From Bacteroidales bacterium (lineage in GTDB: Bacteria > Bacteroidota > Bacteroidia > Bacteroidales > P3): a stretch of 64,000 bases of DNA. A model generated the notes under the pieces. It was not told the DNA's origin, searched no databases, and worked only from the letters and a program-made list of their open reading frames with translations. Of the stretch, positions 1 through 8,952 are shown in pieces; the first letter of the stretch is position 1, and each line of letters starts with the position of its first letter. The position numbers and the translations under genes are program-made. The stretch lies in the NCBI GenBank assembly GCA_017451385.1, contig JAFSPS010000008.1:89750-153749 (forward strand), given 5' to 3'.

Positions 1-328
1 TCCTGTGAGGGAGGTTGGATATTTGATGTATTAACCCTCCAACGGAAGCGCTAATATATACCTCTTTATGCGGTTGCGGCGCCGAATTATGTGGTTCGGA
101 TGGCGCTTTCCTGTGGTGGTTAGAAAACGCTGTTCTTCATGAATCGCCATTGTATGACGGTTCATTTCGTTAAGCGATGCGGATTGTCGCAAACAGGGTG
201 TGCGATTATGTGAGGGCTGAATCGTCGTCGGGACTAAAACAAGATGAGTGAGGGCGTGCGATGGCTTGTAATTGAATCTACGGGCGGTTATAGTTCACTA
301 AAAAATACACATTATCCAAAAAAAATGT

Positions 329-336
329 TATCTTTG
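329..336 (+). promoter_or_regulatory. candidate Bacteroidota -7 promoter box (TATCTTTG = TAnnTTTG) for 463..2955
   Basis: Exact TAnnTTTG match 127 nt upstream of the ATG, preceded by an A-run. The motif is the established Bacteroides promoter consensus. Confidence 0.4.
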
Positions 337-462
337 CACGTTGATTTGTTCTCAACAGGGAAGAAAACGGGTATTTAGTTGTCGGAAAGACAATGCGATA
401 TGCGGTATCTTGCTTGTTTTGGACGTTGATAGTGATAATAACTTTAACAACTATAAAACAAG

Positions 463-2955
463 ATGAAGAAAGCTTTATTCAGTTTGTTGATGGCTCTTAT
501 GCTGATACCCTGCGTCTCTATGGCGCAGAAGCCTGCAAAGGCCGGCACTGTCGTGTTTTTCGATACCACGGTATGCGACTCGTTGGTATGGGACCGTAAC
601 GGTTCTGTCTTCACATCCTCCGGTGTCAACCGTGTGGTGATTGGCGACACGACCTATGTAATCAATTTCACTGTCAATAATTCCTATGTGCTGGATGATA
701 CGGTGGAGGCTTCGTGCGACTACAGTTGGCAGGGAACGACCTATGTGAGCGACACCGTCGTCACCAAGACGCTGACCACTATGCATGGATGCGACAGTAC
801 GGTAACCCTCCGGCTGACGCTTACTAAGACCAATATTGATTATTTTGAGGTAACCACTTGTCATCCCTACGTTTTCCGTGGCGAGGAGTATTCGGTGGCC
901 GACATTTATGTCGATAGTGCTCGCAATGAGGAGCTTTTGTGCGACAGCGTCTTCTTGCTCAGCCTGACGATTGAGGACACCATGATGGTTTATCTGCCAT
1001 ACGTAGAGGTGTGCAGCCGCTACACATGGGATATCAACGACAGCGTCTATACCGCTTCCACCATCACTGCTGCCGTGCTGCCAAGAACAGATGAGTCGCA
1101 GTGCGACACGATGTATGCTTTGGCACTCGTCGTCGGAGAGCCTGCATCAGACACCACCACGGTGACGGCCTGCCGTTCATATCAGTGGTCTCTCACCGAC
1201 TCGCTCTATACGGAATCTACTGTTGATGTGTTTGCTTATAAGGCAGAGACTGACGCGCAGTGCGACACAAACTTTGTGCTGGCTCTCACCATTCTCGATA
1301 CGCTGCATGTGGCTACTGAGGACTCGGTGTGCGGTTACTACACATGGAGTGTCAACGACAGCCTCTATACAAGCAACGCTCTCGACACCTTGTTCTCTGC
1401 TGACACTACGCTGGCCAGCTGCGACACCCTTTACACTCTCGACCTCAAGATTGGCAAAAAGGTTGACACCGTCGTTGCCAATGTCTGCGGCAGCTATATC
1501 TACACTCGTCATTTTGCCAATGACAGTACCGCTAAGGACACCGTCTATGAGACGGGTCACTACTTCGACACCATCGTCGCCAGCAATGGCTGCGAGACAG
1601 ACTATGTCTATGACCTCACCATCACTCCAATACGCTACACCGTTGACACTATAGACACCGTGCGTTGCCGTCAGCTTTCGCTCTTCCTGCTCCGCACCAA
1701 CCGCGACAGCCTCATAGTTTTTGATGCTGCTCATCCCAATGGTCAGGTTAGGAGTGCTGTGGAGCGTGTCACTATCGAGCGCAATTCTGTTGTCCGTGCT
1801 CACTATTCTCTCAACAGAGCTCCTTCCTGCATGGACAGCTTGCTGATATTCAATATCACTATCAACAAGACTACCAGCGATGTGGAACAGGTGGGTTCAT
1901 GTGGTGAATATACGTGGGATGCCGCTCGTCGTAAGGTAGTAGATACTACCCATTGGGGCGGACTTGACTCGGTAAGCATCATCAACCGTCATGCCGTTGA
2001 CTTGTATGAGCTGACTGTTGGTGAGGAGACCTATAAGGTCATCGTGAGCGAAGACTCTGCTATGGCAGATGCCGATGTAGAGACCCTTGGTGGTGACAGA
2101 CTTGTGATACTGCCTTCTACCTACTCCGTGGTTGCCTCCACAACACCTGAAGTCTCTACCGACACCGTCAAGTCGGTACTCGGTAACGCTACTCTTACGT
2201 TTGACGAGGAAAACGAGTTCCTCTTCACCGTCAATGCTGATGACACCATTGACAACGACAAGGCTATCTATGTGCTCAACTATATGGATACCGTGCTCAA
2301 CCGCGTGGGTGGCATCGACACCACCGTTGTGGTCTTCGACTCCGTGCACCGTATCTTCAAAAAGAACGGTCGTGACAGCGTCGTCGTTGGTTTGAACGAT
2401 TACGGCTGCGACCTCTACAAGGTTGTCAATGTCACGATACACAACAAGCCTATCGTCTCCATCAGTGGCGACTTCAAGGTTAAGGATAATAATGACGTTG
2501 CTAAGATTTACGCTGTGTTTGACAGTGCCGATAGCAAGACTAAGTACGAATGGACGCTCAATGGCAGCGGCACCATTTCGGACAATAAGAAGGATACCGT
2601 GACCATAACGGGTCTGACTGCAAACAGTGACGTGATGCTGAAGGTTACCGACAAGAATAAGTGCACCGCCGAGAGTTGGATAACTATTCTCTTTGGCGTT
2701 GGCATCAACGAGGCCGACAACCTCAACCTCTCGCTCTATCCTAACCCCACGGCACAGGTCATCAACCTCACGGCTGAGTATGAAATGAACCAGATTGTTA
2801 TCTACAACATGGTTGGTGTTCAGGTGATGAATAAGCAGGTGACTGGCACTGCTCAGTCCCTCGACCTCTCCGCTCTGCCGCAGGGTGCCTACACGCTCCG
2901 CGTGAATATGGCTGACGGCAAGAGTGCTACACGCCGTTTCATTAAGTCGAAATAA
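463..2955 (+). CDS. secreted cysteine-rich repeat protein with C-terminal T9SS (Por) sorting domain
   Basis: 830-aa ORF with ATG start and signal peptide MKKALFSLLMALMLIPCVSMAQ. About 8 modules of 45-60 aa are each bracketed by Cys (C-x2-[YW]-x-W ... C-[DE]-[ST]-x4-L-x-L-[TK]-[IV]). The C-terminus LSLYPNP...IVIYNMVGVQV...LPQGAYTLRV is a typical T9SS CTD. Confidence 0.85.
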   Translation: MKKALFSLLMALMLIPCVSMAQKPAKAGTVVFFDTTVCDSLVWDRNGSVFTSSGVNRVVIGDTTYVINFTVNNSYVLDDTVEASCDYSWQGTTYVSDTVVTKTLTTMHGCDSTVTLRLTLTKTNIDYFEVTTCHPYVFRGEEYSVADIYVDSARNEELLCDSVFLLSLTIEDTMMVYLPYVEVCSRYTWDINDSVYTASTITAAVLPRTDESQCDTMYALALVVGEPASDTTTVTACRSYQWSLTDSLYTESTVDVFAYKAETDAQCDTNFVLALTILDTLHVATEDSVCGYYTWSVNDSLYTSNALDTLFSADTTLASCDTLYTLDLKIGKKVDTVVANVCGSYIYTRHFANDSTAKDTVYETGHYFDTIVASNGCETDYVYDLTITPIRYTVDTIDTVRCRQLSLFLLRTNRDSLIVFDAAHPNGQVRSAVERVTIERNSVVRAHYSLNRAPSCMDSLLIFNITINKTTSDVEQVGSCGEYTWDAARRKVVDTTHWGGLDSVSIINRHAVDLYELTVGEETYKVIVSEDSAMADADVETLGGDRLVILPSTYSVVASTTPEVSTDTVKSVLGNATLTFDEENEFLFTVNADDTIDNDKAIYVLNYMDTVLNRVGGIDTTVVVFDSVHRIFKKNGRDSVVVGLNDYGCDLYKVVNVTIHNKPIVSISGDFKVKDNNDVAKIYAVFDSADSKTKYEWTLNGSGTISDNKKDTVTITGLTANSDVMLKVTDKNKCTAESWITILFGVGINEADNLNLSLYPNPTAQVINLTAEYEMNQIVIYNMVGVQVMNKQVTGTAQSLDLSALPQGAYTLRVNMADGKSATRRFIKSK

Positions 2956-2973
2956 AAGCTATAAAGACAATAA

Positions 2974-3014
2974 AAGACGTTCGGTGCTCACGCAGTGCCG
3001 AGCGTCTTTTTTTT
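2974..3014 (+). terminator. rho-independent terminator after 463..2955
   Basis: Stem 2974-2987 / 2995-3008 (about 12-14 bp including G-U pairs), running into a T8 tract at 3007-3014. It lies 19 nt after the stop. Confidence 0.6.
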
Positions 3015-3015
3015 C

Positions 3016-3285
3016 AGTGTGATGGGTGAATTGTGATTAGTGAACTGTCAGTGGTGATGAGTGAGGGAGTTCTGTGTTGTTTAATGTGTGATGAGTGATA
3101 ATGGAAGAATGAGTTGTGAAGAATGATAGGAGATGAATGACTGGAGAAGTATGAATAGTGAGTGGTGTTTGGTGCAGTTTGATAGGAGATGAGTGTGTGG
3201 TGATATATAAAGATTGAGGAGTGGTGGTAGATGAGTGGTGGTGGTGTGTGTGAGGATGAGAGGGTGAGTTAGAGAAAGGATATAT
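3016..3285. repeat. cytosine-depleted G/T/A low-complexity tract (GATGAGTG / GGTGGTG / GATAGGAGATGA words)
   Basis: Only 5 C in 270 nt (positions 3045, 3049, 3072, 3141, 3175) and none in 3176-3285. The word GATAGGAGATGA occurs twice. It is non-coding; the antisense ORF 3081..3458 is a low-complexity artefact. Confidence 0.8.
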
Positions 3286-3329
3286 CGTCCGAATGATTCG
3301 AATCCAGTAACGAAAAATGATATCGTCTT

Positions 3330-4343
3330 ATGCGAAAAGTTTTTTTTATAGTGCTTCTTGTTTCGCTCTGTTGCGTGTCGTGCAAGCTGACGCCGACACG
3401 GCTTGTCGGCAAGGCACAGGGCACGTATTATAGTATCGTTTACTATGATGCCCGTCATCGCAATCTGCAGCCGCAGGTGGACTCGCTGCTCGCCGCTTTC
3501 GACCTTGTCGCATCGCTATGGGTAGATAGCTCCGAGTTGTGCCAGTTCAACCGCTGTGCCGACAGTATGGAGGTGTCGGAATGTATGGCAGACCTCTTTG
3601 AGAAGTCTATGTCCATATCTGCTCTTACTGGTGGTGCCTTCGACTGCCGTGTGGCACCACTTGTGTCGGCATATGGCTTTGCTCGCAGCAATCGCAGAGA
3701 CCTCACGCAGCAAGACATAGATAGTCTCATGGTCTTGTGCCAGGCGCCAGTGTGGCTCAGCAAGGGCAGTGATGGTCGCAAGGTGTTGCATAAGGCCAAT
3801 GCCGCGTCGCGACTCGACTTCAACGCTATAGCACAAGGCTATTCGGTCGATTTGTTGTGTGATATGCTGCAGACATACGGCATAGGCAGTTTTATCGTGG
3901 ATGTAGGAGGCGAGGTACGCAGTGCGGGGGCTAAGCCCGACGGCACGCCGTGGAGTGTGGGCGTGGAACGTCCGGCAGAGGACAGAGAGGACGCCCGTGA
4001 GGTGGATGTGGCTATACCGCTTGTCGATTGCTCTATCGTGACGTCAGGAAGCTACCGTAAGTATTACGAGAAGGATGGCATGCGTTTCTCTCATACCATA
4101 GACCCTGCCACGGGTCGTCCGGTGAGCCATACCACGCTCAGCGCATCGGTGATTGACGACAAGGCTTGGCGTGCCGATGCTCTGGCAACAGCCTTCATGG
4201 TAATGGGCTATGAACGTGCCACCGCATGGCTCGCAGCGCATTCTGATATCGACAAGGTCTATTTCATATACGATGACAACGGGGAAAATGCCCGTCGTGC
4301 AACGCCGGCTTTCCAGCGGCTCATAGATGACTTCGACGAATGA
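3330..4343 (+). CDS. apbE: FAD:protein FMN transferase (ApbE family) lipoprotein
   Basis: 337 aa with lipoprotein signal LLVSLCCVSC. ApbE hallmarks: AIAQGYSVD, TSGSYRKYYEKDGMRFSHTIDPATGRPV, ADALATAFMVMG. Confidence 0.85.
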   Translation: MRKVFFIVLLVSLCCVSCKLTPTRLVGKAQGTYYSIVYYDARHRNLQPQVDSLLAAFDLVASLWVDSSELCQFNRCADSMEVSECMADLFEKSMSISALTGGAFDCRVAPLVSAYGFARSNRRDLTQQDIDSLMVLCQAPVWLSKGSDGRKVLHKANAASRLDFNAIAQGYSVDLLCDMLQTYGIGSFIVDVGGEVRSAGAKPDGTPWSVGVERPAEDREDAREVDVAIPLVDCSIVTSGSYRKYYEKDGMRFSHTIDPATGRPVSHTTLSASVIDDKAWRADALATAFMVMGYERATAWLAAHSDIDKVYFIYDDNGENARRATPAFQRLIDDFDE

Positions 4344-4579
4344 GTTTTTTCCGGCTACGAATAAACACGTTTTTCGTGACTACACAAGGGCACTAACCTT
4401 CATGAAATGATTTACAACCACTCATAAATGCTATTTAATTACTGATTAAACGATGTTTGAACGATGCTTAAATGGTTTTTCTCATCTGGAAATAGTGGTT
4501 GGTCAACGGTTGATAGAGTAACATCAAATCAGAATATGCTTCAAATAAATAATCAATAACCATACAATCTTATAGTACT

Positions 4580-5449
4580 ATGAAATCAATGACAGGGTAT
4601 GCCAAACGGCGTTTTGCTGTTGGCGCACATAATGTAATCATCGAGATAAAGACCCTAAACAGCAAGCAACTCGACCTCAATGTCAAGCTGCCGGCACTGC
4701 TGCGGGAGAGCGACCTGCCCATTCGCGCCGCCTTGCAGCGTCTTGAGCGCGGCAAGGTTGATGTGATAGTAACGTTGGAGGAGAGTGCCTCCGAGGCCTC
4801 TACGCTCAATAGTGCCATTGCCTTGCAACGGTATAATGATGTGAGCCGTTTTGCTTCAGAGAACGGTATCGTTGTCAGCATGGAGTCGGTATTTAATACC
4901 ATCGTAGGGCAGTCGGCGGTGTGGGAGAATGCTGCCAGCCACGAGCTCAGCGACGAGGAGAGTGCCCAGCTGATGGAAGGTGTCAGTGCTGCCATCGACG
5001 ACGTAGAGCGTTTCCGTCAGGAAGAGGGCGACGTGCTGCGCGTGGATTTCGATAAGCATGTGGCAGCCATAGCGCAGCGGCTGGAGCAGATACCCGCCTA
5101 CGAGCAGGAGCGTATCACCACCGCCAAGGAACGTATATGCCGCTACTTCGATGAGTTCGCCATCAATGACATGAATAAGGAACGCTTTGAGCAGGAGATG
5201 ATTTACTATCTCGAAAAGCTTGATATCACGGAGGAGAAGGTGAGGCTGCGCAAGCATATAGATTTCTTCGTCGCCACGATGGACAACGAGCCAATCTGCG
5301 GCAAGAAATTGTCCTTCATAGCGCAGGAGATGGGACGCGAAATCAACACCACGGGGTCAAAGGCTAACCATGTTGACATACAGCGTCTCGTGGTGGAGAT
5401 GAAAGATGAGCTGGAGAAGATAAAAGAGCAACTTGGCAATATCTTGTAA
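4580..5449 (+). CDS. yicC: YicC/YloC family stress-induced protein
   Basis: 289 aa. N-terminal MKSMTGYA and C-terminal IAQEMGREINTTGSKA ... VEMKDELEKIKEQ are characteristic of the YicC family. Confidence 0.8.
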   Translation: MKSMTGYAKRRFAVGAHNVIIEIKTLNSKQLDLNVKLPALLRESDLPIRAALQRLERGKVDVIVTLEESASEASTLNSAIALQRYNDVSRFASENGIVVSMESVFNTIVGQSAVWENAASHELSDEESAQLMEGVSAAIDDVERFRQEEGDVLRVDFDKHVAAIAQRLEQIPAYEQERITTAKERICRYFDEFAINDMNKERFEQEMIYYLEKLDITEEKVRLRKHIDFFVATMDNEPICGKKLSFIAQEMGREINTTGSKANHVDIQRLVVEMKDELEKIKEQLGNIL

Positions 5450-5492
5450 GGAGCATTGCTTGTCAAGGCTCCAATTAATAATAATTGGATTC

Positions 5493-5523
5493 AAACGGGG
5501 CGTGCCTTGTGCACGTCCCGTTT
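5493..5523 (+). terminator. hairpin after the yicC-family gene, with two further palindromes just around it
   Basis: 13-bp stem AAACGGGGCGTGC / GCACGTCCCGTTT (one G-U pair) with a 5-nt loop. Neighbouring palindromes are CCAATTA..TAATTGG (5471-5488) and TTTTTTGGAAT-CAA-TTCCAAAAAA (~5540-5563). The U-tract is weak. Confidence 0.45.
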
Positions 5524-5677
5524 GCTATAGTCATAACTTTTTTGGAATCAATTCCAAAAAAGTCATATTTTTGTAGGTAGAAAGATAGAAAAAGACAAAA
5601 GAGATGTTCTCGATAAGGCGAGAGCAGACGAGCTTGTTCGTATGCCGAGGCGAGAAAACGACTAAATGAAATTGATG

Positions 5678-5932
5678 GCTTTTGCCCTTTCAGGGCGTAT
5701 GGTTTTTGATTGCGTTCTACCCAGAGCGATGCTCTGGGCTATTAGCTTTATGCCCTTGCAGGGCATTCTTTTCCTCACACAGATAAGAATCCATTAGTAA
5801 ATGAAAAACATCCAGCCATCACGCAATAAGCCTATTAAATAGAAACGGGCTGAAAGTCCGTCAAGCACATAGCCCAAGGCAGCACCTTAGGTTCTAACGA
5901 AGGAGCAAATTACGCCCTGAAAGGGCAAAAGC
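5678..5932. repeat. pair of inverted ~90-nt multi-hairpin elements (REP/BIME-like)
   Basis: A 22-nt perfect inverted repeat, GCTTTTGCCCTTTCAGGGCGTA (5678-5699) against TACGCCCTGAAAGGGCAAAAGC (5911-5932). Left arm hairpins: GCCCTTTCAGGGC, CCCAGAGC-GAT-GCTCTGGG, TGCCCTTGCAGGGCA. The right arm is a more degenerate inverted copy (CGGGCTGAAAGTCCG, CCCAAGGCAGCACCTTAGG, GCCCTGAAAGGGC). Confidence 0.75.
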
Positions 5933-6098
5933 AAAAAAAACAAAGTAATGTTATACCCCAATATACACTTTGGGGAATAGTGAAGAAAATGAAGAAAGAA
6001 AAAGGCAAGCCCTATGCACTATTTACCAATGTTAGTTACGGATAAATAATATTTTACAAAGAAATCTAAACCTTTTATCGGACATCAATAATTGGTGC

Positions 6099-6659
6099 TC
6101 AATTCAGCTTGTCCCACATGAATACTATGCCGAAGTTGTCCTTATAGACCAATGACTCGTCATCGACCATTGTGACCTTGTAGTCGCGTGGCACCACGCC
6201 GCCGAGTTCCATGCGATAGATTTGCGTCAGGTTGTTGCCCTTCATCTCCCAGCGGAACCGTTGTGCCTCCGCTTTGCTCACGTCGTCCTTGGTGTCCCAC
6301 TGCAGTCCTGTGCTGTCGCTGTAATACACCTCGTGTAGTGTGCCGTTCACCCATTCTCCCACCAGCTGTTCGGGGGTGAATATCCTTTCTTTCTTGCCGA
6401 AGATGAAGCTCTCCACGCGGTCGGCGGTGTCGCGCTGAGCCGTAGCCTGCCGTGTTGTTTCGCTCTCGTCGATGGAGGTTGCAGTGTCCTGTGTGTCGTG
6501 GTGTTTGGCATGGATGTCGCTGGGACTGATGTCGTGGATGGTGTCGATGACATCATCATGCGCAGACTTGTCGCCGTTGCTGCCGCAGCCCGATAGTAGC
6601 AGTGCTGCGGCAAGCAGCAAGCGGCAGCAACGCCCTGTCGTTATCTTTCTGTCATCCAT
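6099..6659 (-). CDS. lipoprotein with lipocalin-like C-terminal domain
   Basis: 186 aa with lipobox LLSGC. The C-terminal ~110 aa show a lipocalin-like pattern (LVGEWVNG ... YKVTMVDDESLVY). Its ATG directly abuts the TAG stop of 6660..8144. Confidence 0.7.
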   Translation of the reverse strand: MDDRKITTGRCCRLLLAAALLLSGCGSNGDKSAHDDVIDTIHDISPSDIHAKHHDTQDTATSIDESETTRQATAQRDTADRVESFIFGKKERIFTPEQLVGEWVNGTLHEVYYSDSTGLQWDTKDDVSKAEAQRFRWEMKGNNLTQIYRMELGGVVPRDYKVTMVDDESLVYKDNFGIVFMWDKLN

Positions 6660-8144
6660 CTATCGCCAGTTGTTTATTCTGACAATCCGTGTCTCTGCCG
6701 TTTCGAAACTACGCATTGGCTCGCCGATGCCGTTGCCTATCGCCGTGGGGTCGCAGACCATGAAGTGTCGTCCGTCGATGGTGTAGTAGCTGCCGGGGAG
6801 CTCGGCACCGAAGTCCACCGCCGTAGCCATGTGGCCCGGATAGAGCAGTAGCACTACGTCCAGCCCCACCAGCTCGCGCACCAGTATGCTGAAGAGGATG
6901 GCGCGGTCCTCGCAGTCGCTGTAGGGGTGGAAGAAACACTCGTCGCCATAGAACGAGCGCTCGTAGCCGAACTGCTCGTTGTCGGTCTTATACTCCAGTG
7001 CCGTCTGCACGAAGTCCAGCAGCATCTGCACCTGCTTCTTCTTGCTGCGTCCCTCCAGCTGCTGGCGCAGGGCGGAGTAGAGTTGCTGCTTCACTCCGTC
7101 GCTTAGCGAGGCTTCGACCAGGTAGTTGTAGGTCATCGTGTGGGGGTAGTTGTCGAAGAAGCGCATCAGGTTGCTGTTGGTCGCCACGGTGGCTCTCATG
7201 TTGGCGAAGCTCTTAGCCTCGAAGGTGTGTCGCTCGCCCTCGTTCATGGCGAGGCGTGGCATCTGCGCTATGAGCAACGAGGCAGGCTGTGTCTTGGGGA
7301 AAGCATTTTGGAACACCGAGATAGTCTCCCATTTGCTCTTCTCTATCACATAGAAACGGCGCTCGTTTTTTACTACATACGCGTATGAATACACGTTCAC
7401 GTCGAATGATGCCAGCAGCACGAGGTGCCCGTTGGTCTTGCCTATGCGGATATCTAAGCCAGACTGCGAGAGCAGCCATGCCTGTAGCAGCACCGCCTCG
7501 TTACATTCCTTCCCCATAGCGGCTACGGCGGCTTGATGAGTCAGCTCGATATATCCCCAGTCGCACAGCATCATATCGTTGCGCAGCGTCAGGCAGTCGC
7601 GTAGCAGTGGGTCGTAGCGTCCGTCCGACAGCTGTTGCCATGCCTGCGATGCCGCTTGCTCGTTCACGGCGTTCAGCGCAATCTTTTTCGCCATATCGGT
7701 ATGCAGACGGCATTGGCTGCCGTAGAACGTCATGCCCGTTGTGGGAGCGTCGGGAGTCGGCGGCTCTATCTCGTCTTTCACATCGTTGGGGTCTATCTCG
7801 GGTGGCGGCAGCGGCTGTGGCATTGGCACCACTTCGGGCGTAGGCAGCGGCACCGGCTGTGCCGGCGGCAGCTTGTCGGGCACCGCCACCGGCTGCCGCA
7901 CGGGCTTGGGCGGCTTAGGAGGTTCCTCGCCTTTAATGACGCGCATCTCCTCCCAAGCCTGCTCCATGAAGCGCGCATACTCCTCGTTGGCCTTGCGGCG
8001 GAACTCGCTGTACTCCTGCCGTGCCTTATTGACAAAGCCGTTATACTCTGCCCGAGCCCGCCGCTTAAAAGCCTCATAGTCCTCCTGCGCCGTGAGGGGA
8101 AGAGTGGATAATAGTACGAGGAGTAATGGAACGTAGTATTTCAT
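6660..8144 (-). CDS. secreted protein with Pro-rich linker and transglutaminase-like (Cys-His-Asp) C-terminal core
   Basis: 494 aa with a signal peptide, a charged helical segment and the linker PPKPPKPVRQPVAVPDKLPPAQPVPLPTPEVVPMPQPLPPPE. The arrangement SDCEDRAILF ... YPGHMATAV ... VCDPT resembles a transglutaminase-like peptidase core. The function call is low confidence. Confidence 0.7.
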   Translation of the reverse strand: MKYYVPLLLVLLSTLPLTAQEDYEAFKRRARAEYNGFVNKARQEYSEFRRKANEEYARFMEQAWEEMRVIKGEEPPKPPKPVRQPVAVPDKLPPAQPVPLPTPEVVPMPQPLPPPEIDPNDVKDEIEPPTPDAPTTGMTFYGSQCRLHTDMAKKIALNAVNEQAASQAWQQLSDGRYDPLLRDCLTLRNDMMLCDWGYIELTHQAAVAAMGKECNEAVLLQAWLLSQSGLDIRIGKTNGHLVLLASFDVNVYSYAYVVKNERRFYVIEKSKWETISVFQNAFPKTQPASLLIAQMPRLAMNEGERHTFEAKSFANMRATVATNSNLMRFFDNYPHTMTYNYLVEASLSDGVKQQLYSALRQQLEGRSKKKQVQMLLDFVQTALEYKTDNEQFGYERSFYGDECFFHPYSDCEDRAILFSILVRELVGLDVVLLLYPGHMATAVDFGAELPGSYYTIDGRHFMVCDPTAIGNGIGEPMRSFETAETRIVRINNWR

Positions 8145-8192
8145 TTGTAGTTTAATATGATCTATCTATGGTAGAGTGTCTGTTGTAGAGGT

Positions 8193-8948
8193 TTATTCTG
8201 GTCTGACAGGAAGAATATATGCTGTTCCTGTATTGATTTTTTCTTTACTTAAAGATATGGCACTAGTCCATGGAAACACGCATTTGAATGGATAAACCAT
8301 TCCCTCTTCCTCCAATTCTTCATATGCCCAAATAGGAATATCTTTTAACGATTTACGTGGTTCATAAGAATCACTTTGCATTTTATCGTTTAATTTATCT
8401 AACATTTCTGTAGTTGGCATTATCCAACCAGTATAACCTGCATATGTAAATGACGAAACATAATCCCATGTGTCATTAAAGGAATAAGCTTTGGAAGAAA
8501 GAGGCCCCACCCGATACAAACGACCACCAAAACTAAAAGTGTAAAGACTATTGTATTTGCTCTCATCGACTTTTTCAGAACCATAATCCACTTCAATTGT
8601 TCCATAGTCATAGCTTTTCTCTCCAGCACCTCTCAAATTTTTATAAAATAAATTCTCGCTATTATATTCTATCTTAATTAGTGCTATTTCATCTTTAGGA
8701 ATTTTCTCGTATTCAACAGTTATGGAGAAATCTCCGTTAAGATTTGTTTTTGTTTTATATAAGGAAGTATTATAATATCCGTATAGTATTTCTACTGTCG
8801 CGTTTGTCAGAGGTGTTTTTTTATTTTTATCTACTACATGACCTGTATATGTGGTAACAGTGGAGTATCCTAAATCATTGAAATCTTTCAGACAGCTTGT
8901 AAATAGGAAACTGACAGCTATTATAAAAAGAATAGATATATGTTTCAT
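8193..8948 (-). CDS. lipoprotein, CarboxypepD_reg-like N-domain plus DUF1566-like C-domain (tentative)
   Basis: 251 aa with lipobox FLFTSC, and markedly AT-rich relative to flanks. Patterns: YTGHVVDKNKKTPLTNATVEILY and GYTGWIMPTTEMLDKL ... ILPVRPE. Confidence 0.65.
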   Translation of the reverse strand: MKHISILFIIAVSFLFTSCLKDFNDLGYSTVTTYTGHVVDKNKKTPLTNATVEILYGYYNTSLYKTKTNLNGDFSITVEYEKIPKDEIALIKIEYNSENLFYKNLRGAGEKSYDYGTIEVDYGSEKVDESKYNSLYTFSFGGRLYRVGPLSSKAYSFNDTWDYVSSFTYAGYTGWIMPTTEMLDKLNDKMQSDSYEPRKSLKDIPIWAYEELEEEGMVYPFKCVFPWTSAISLSKEKINTGTAYILPVRPE

Positions 8949-8952
8949 TGTA

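Noticed and set aside
3286-3312. tRNA T-arm-like TTCGAATCC sequence
   Set aside because: There is no acceptor stem, D-arm or anticodon arm around it, and the context is low-complexity spacer just upstream of apbE.
3081-3458. 125-aa minus-strand ORF
   Set aside because: It is the translation of the G-free complement of the C-depleted tract (a His/Thr/Leu/Ser low-complexity product) and overlaps the apbE start.
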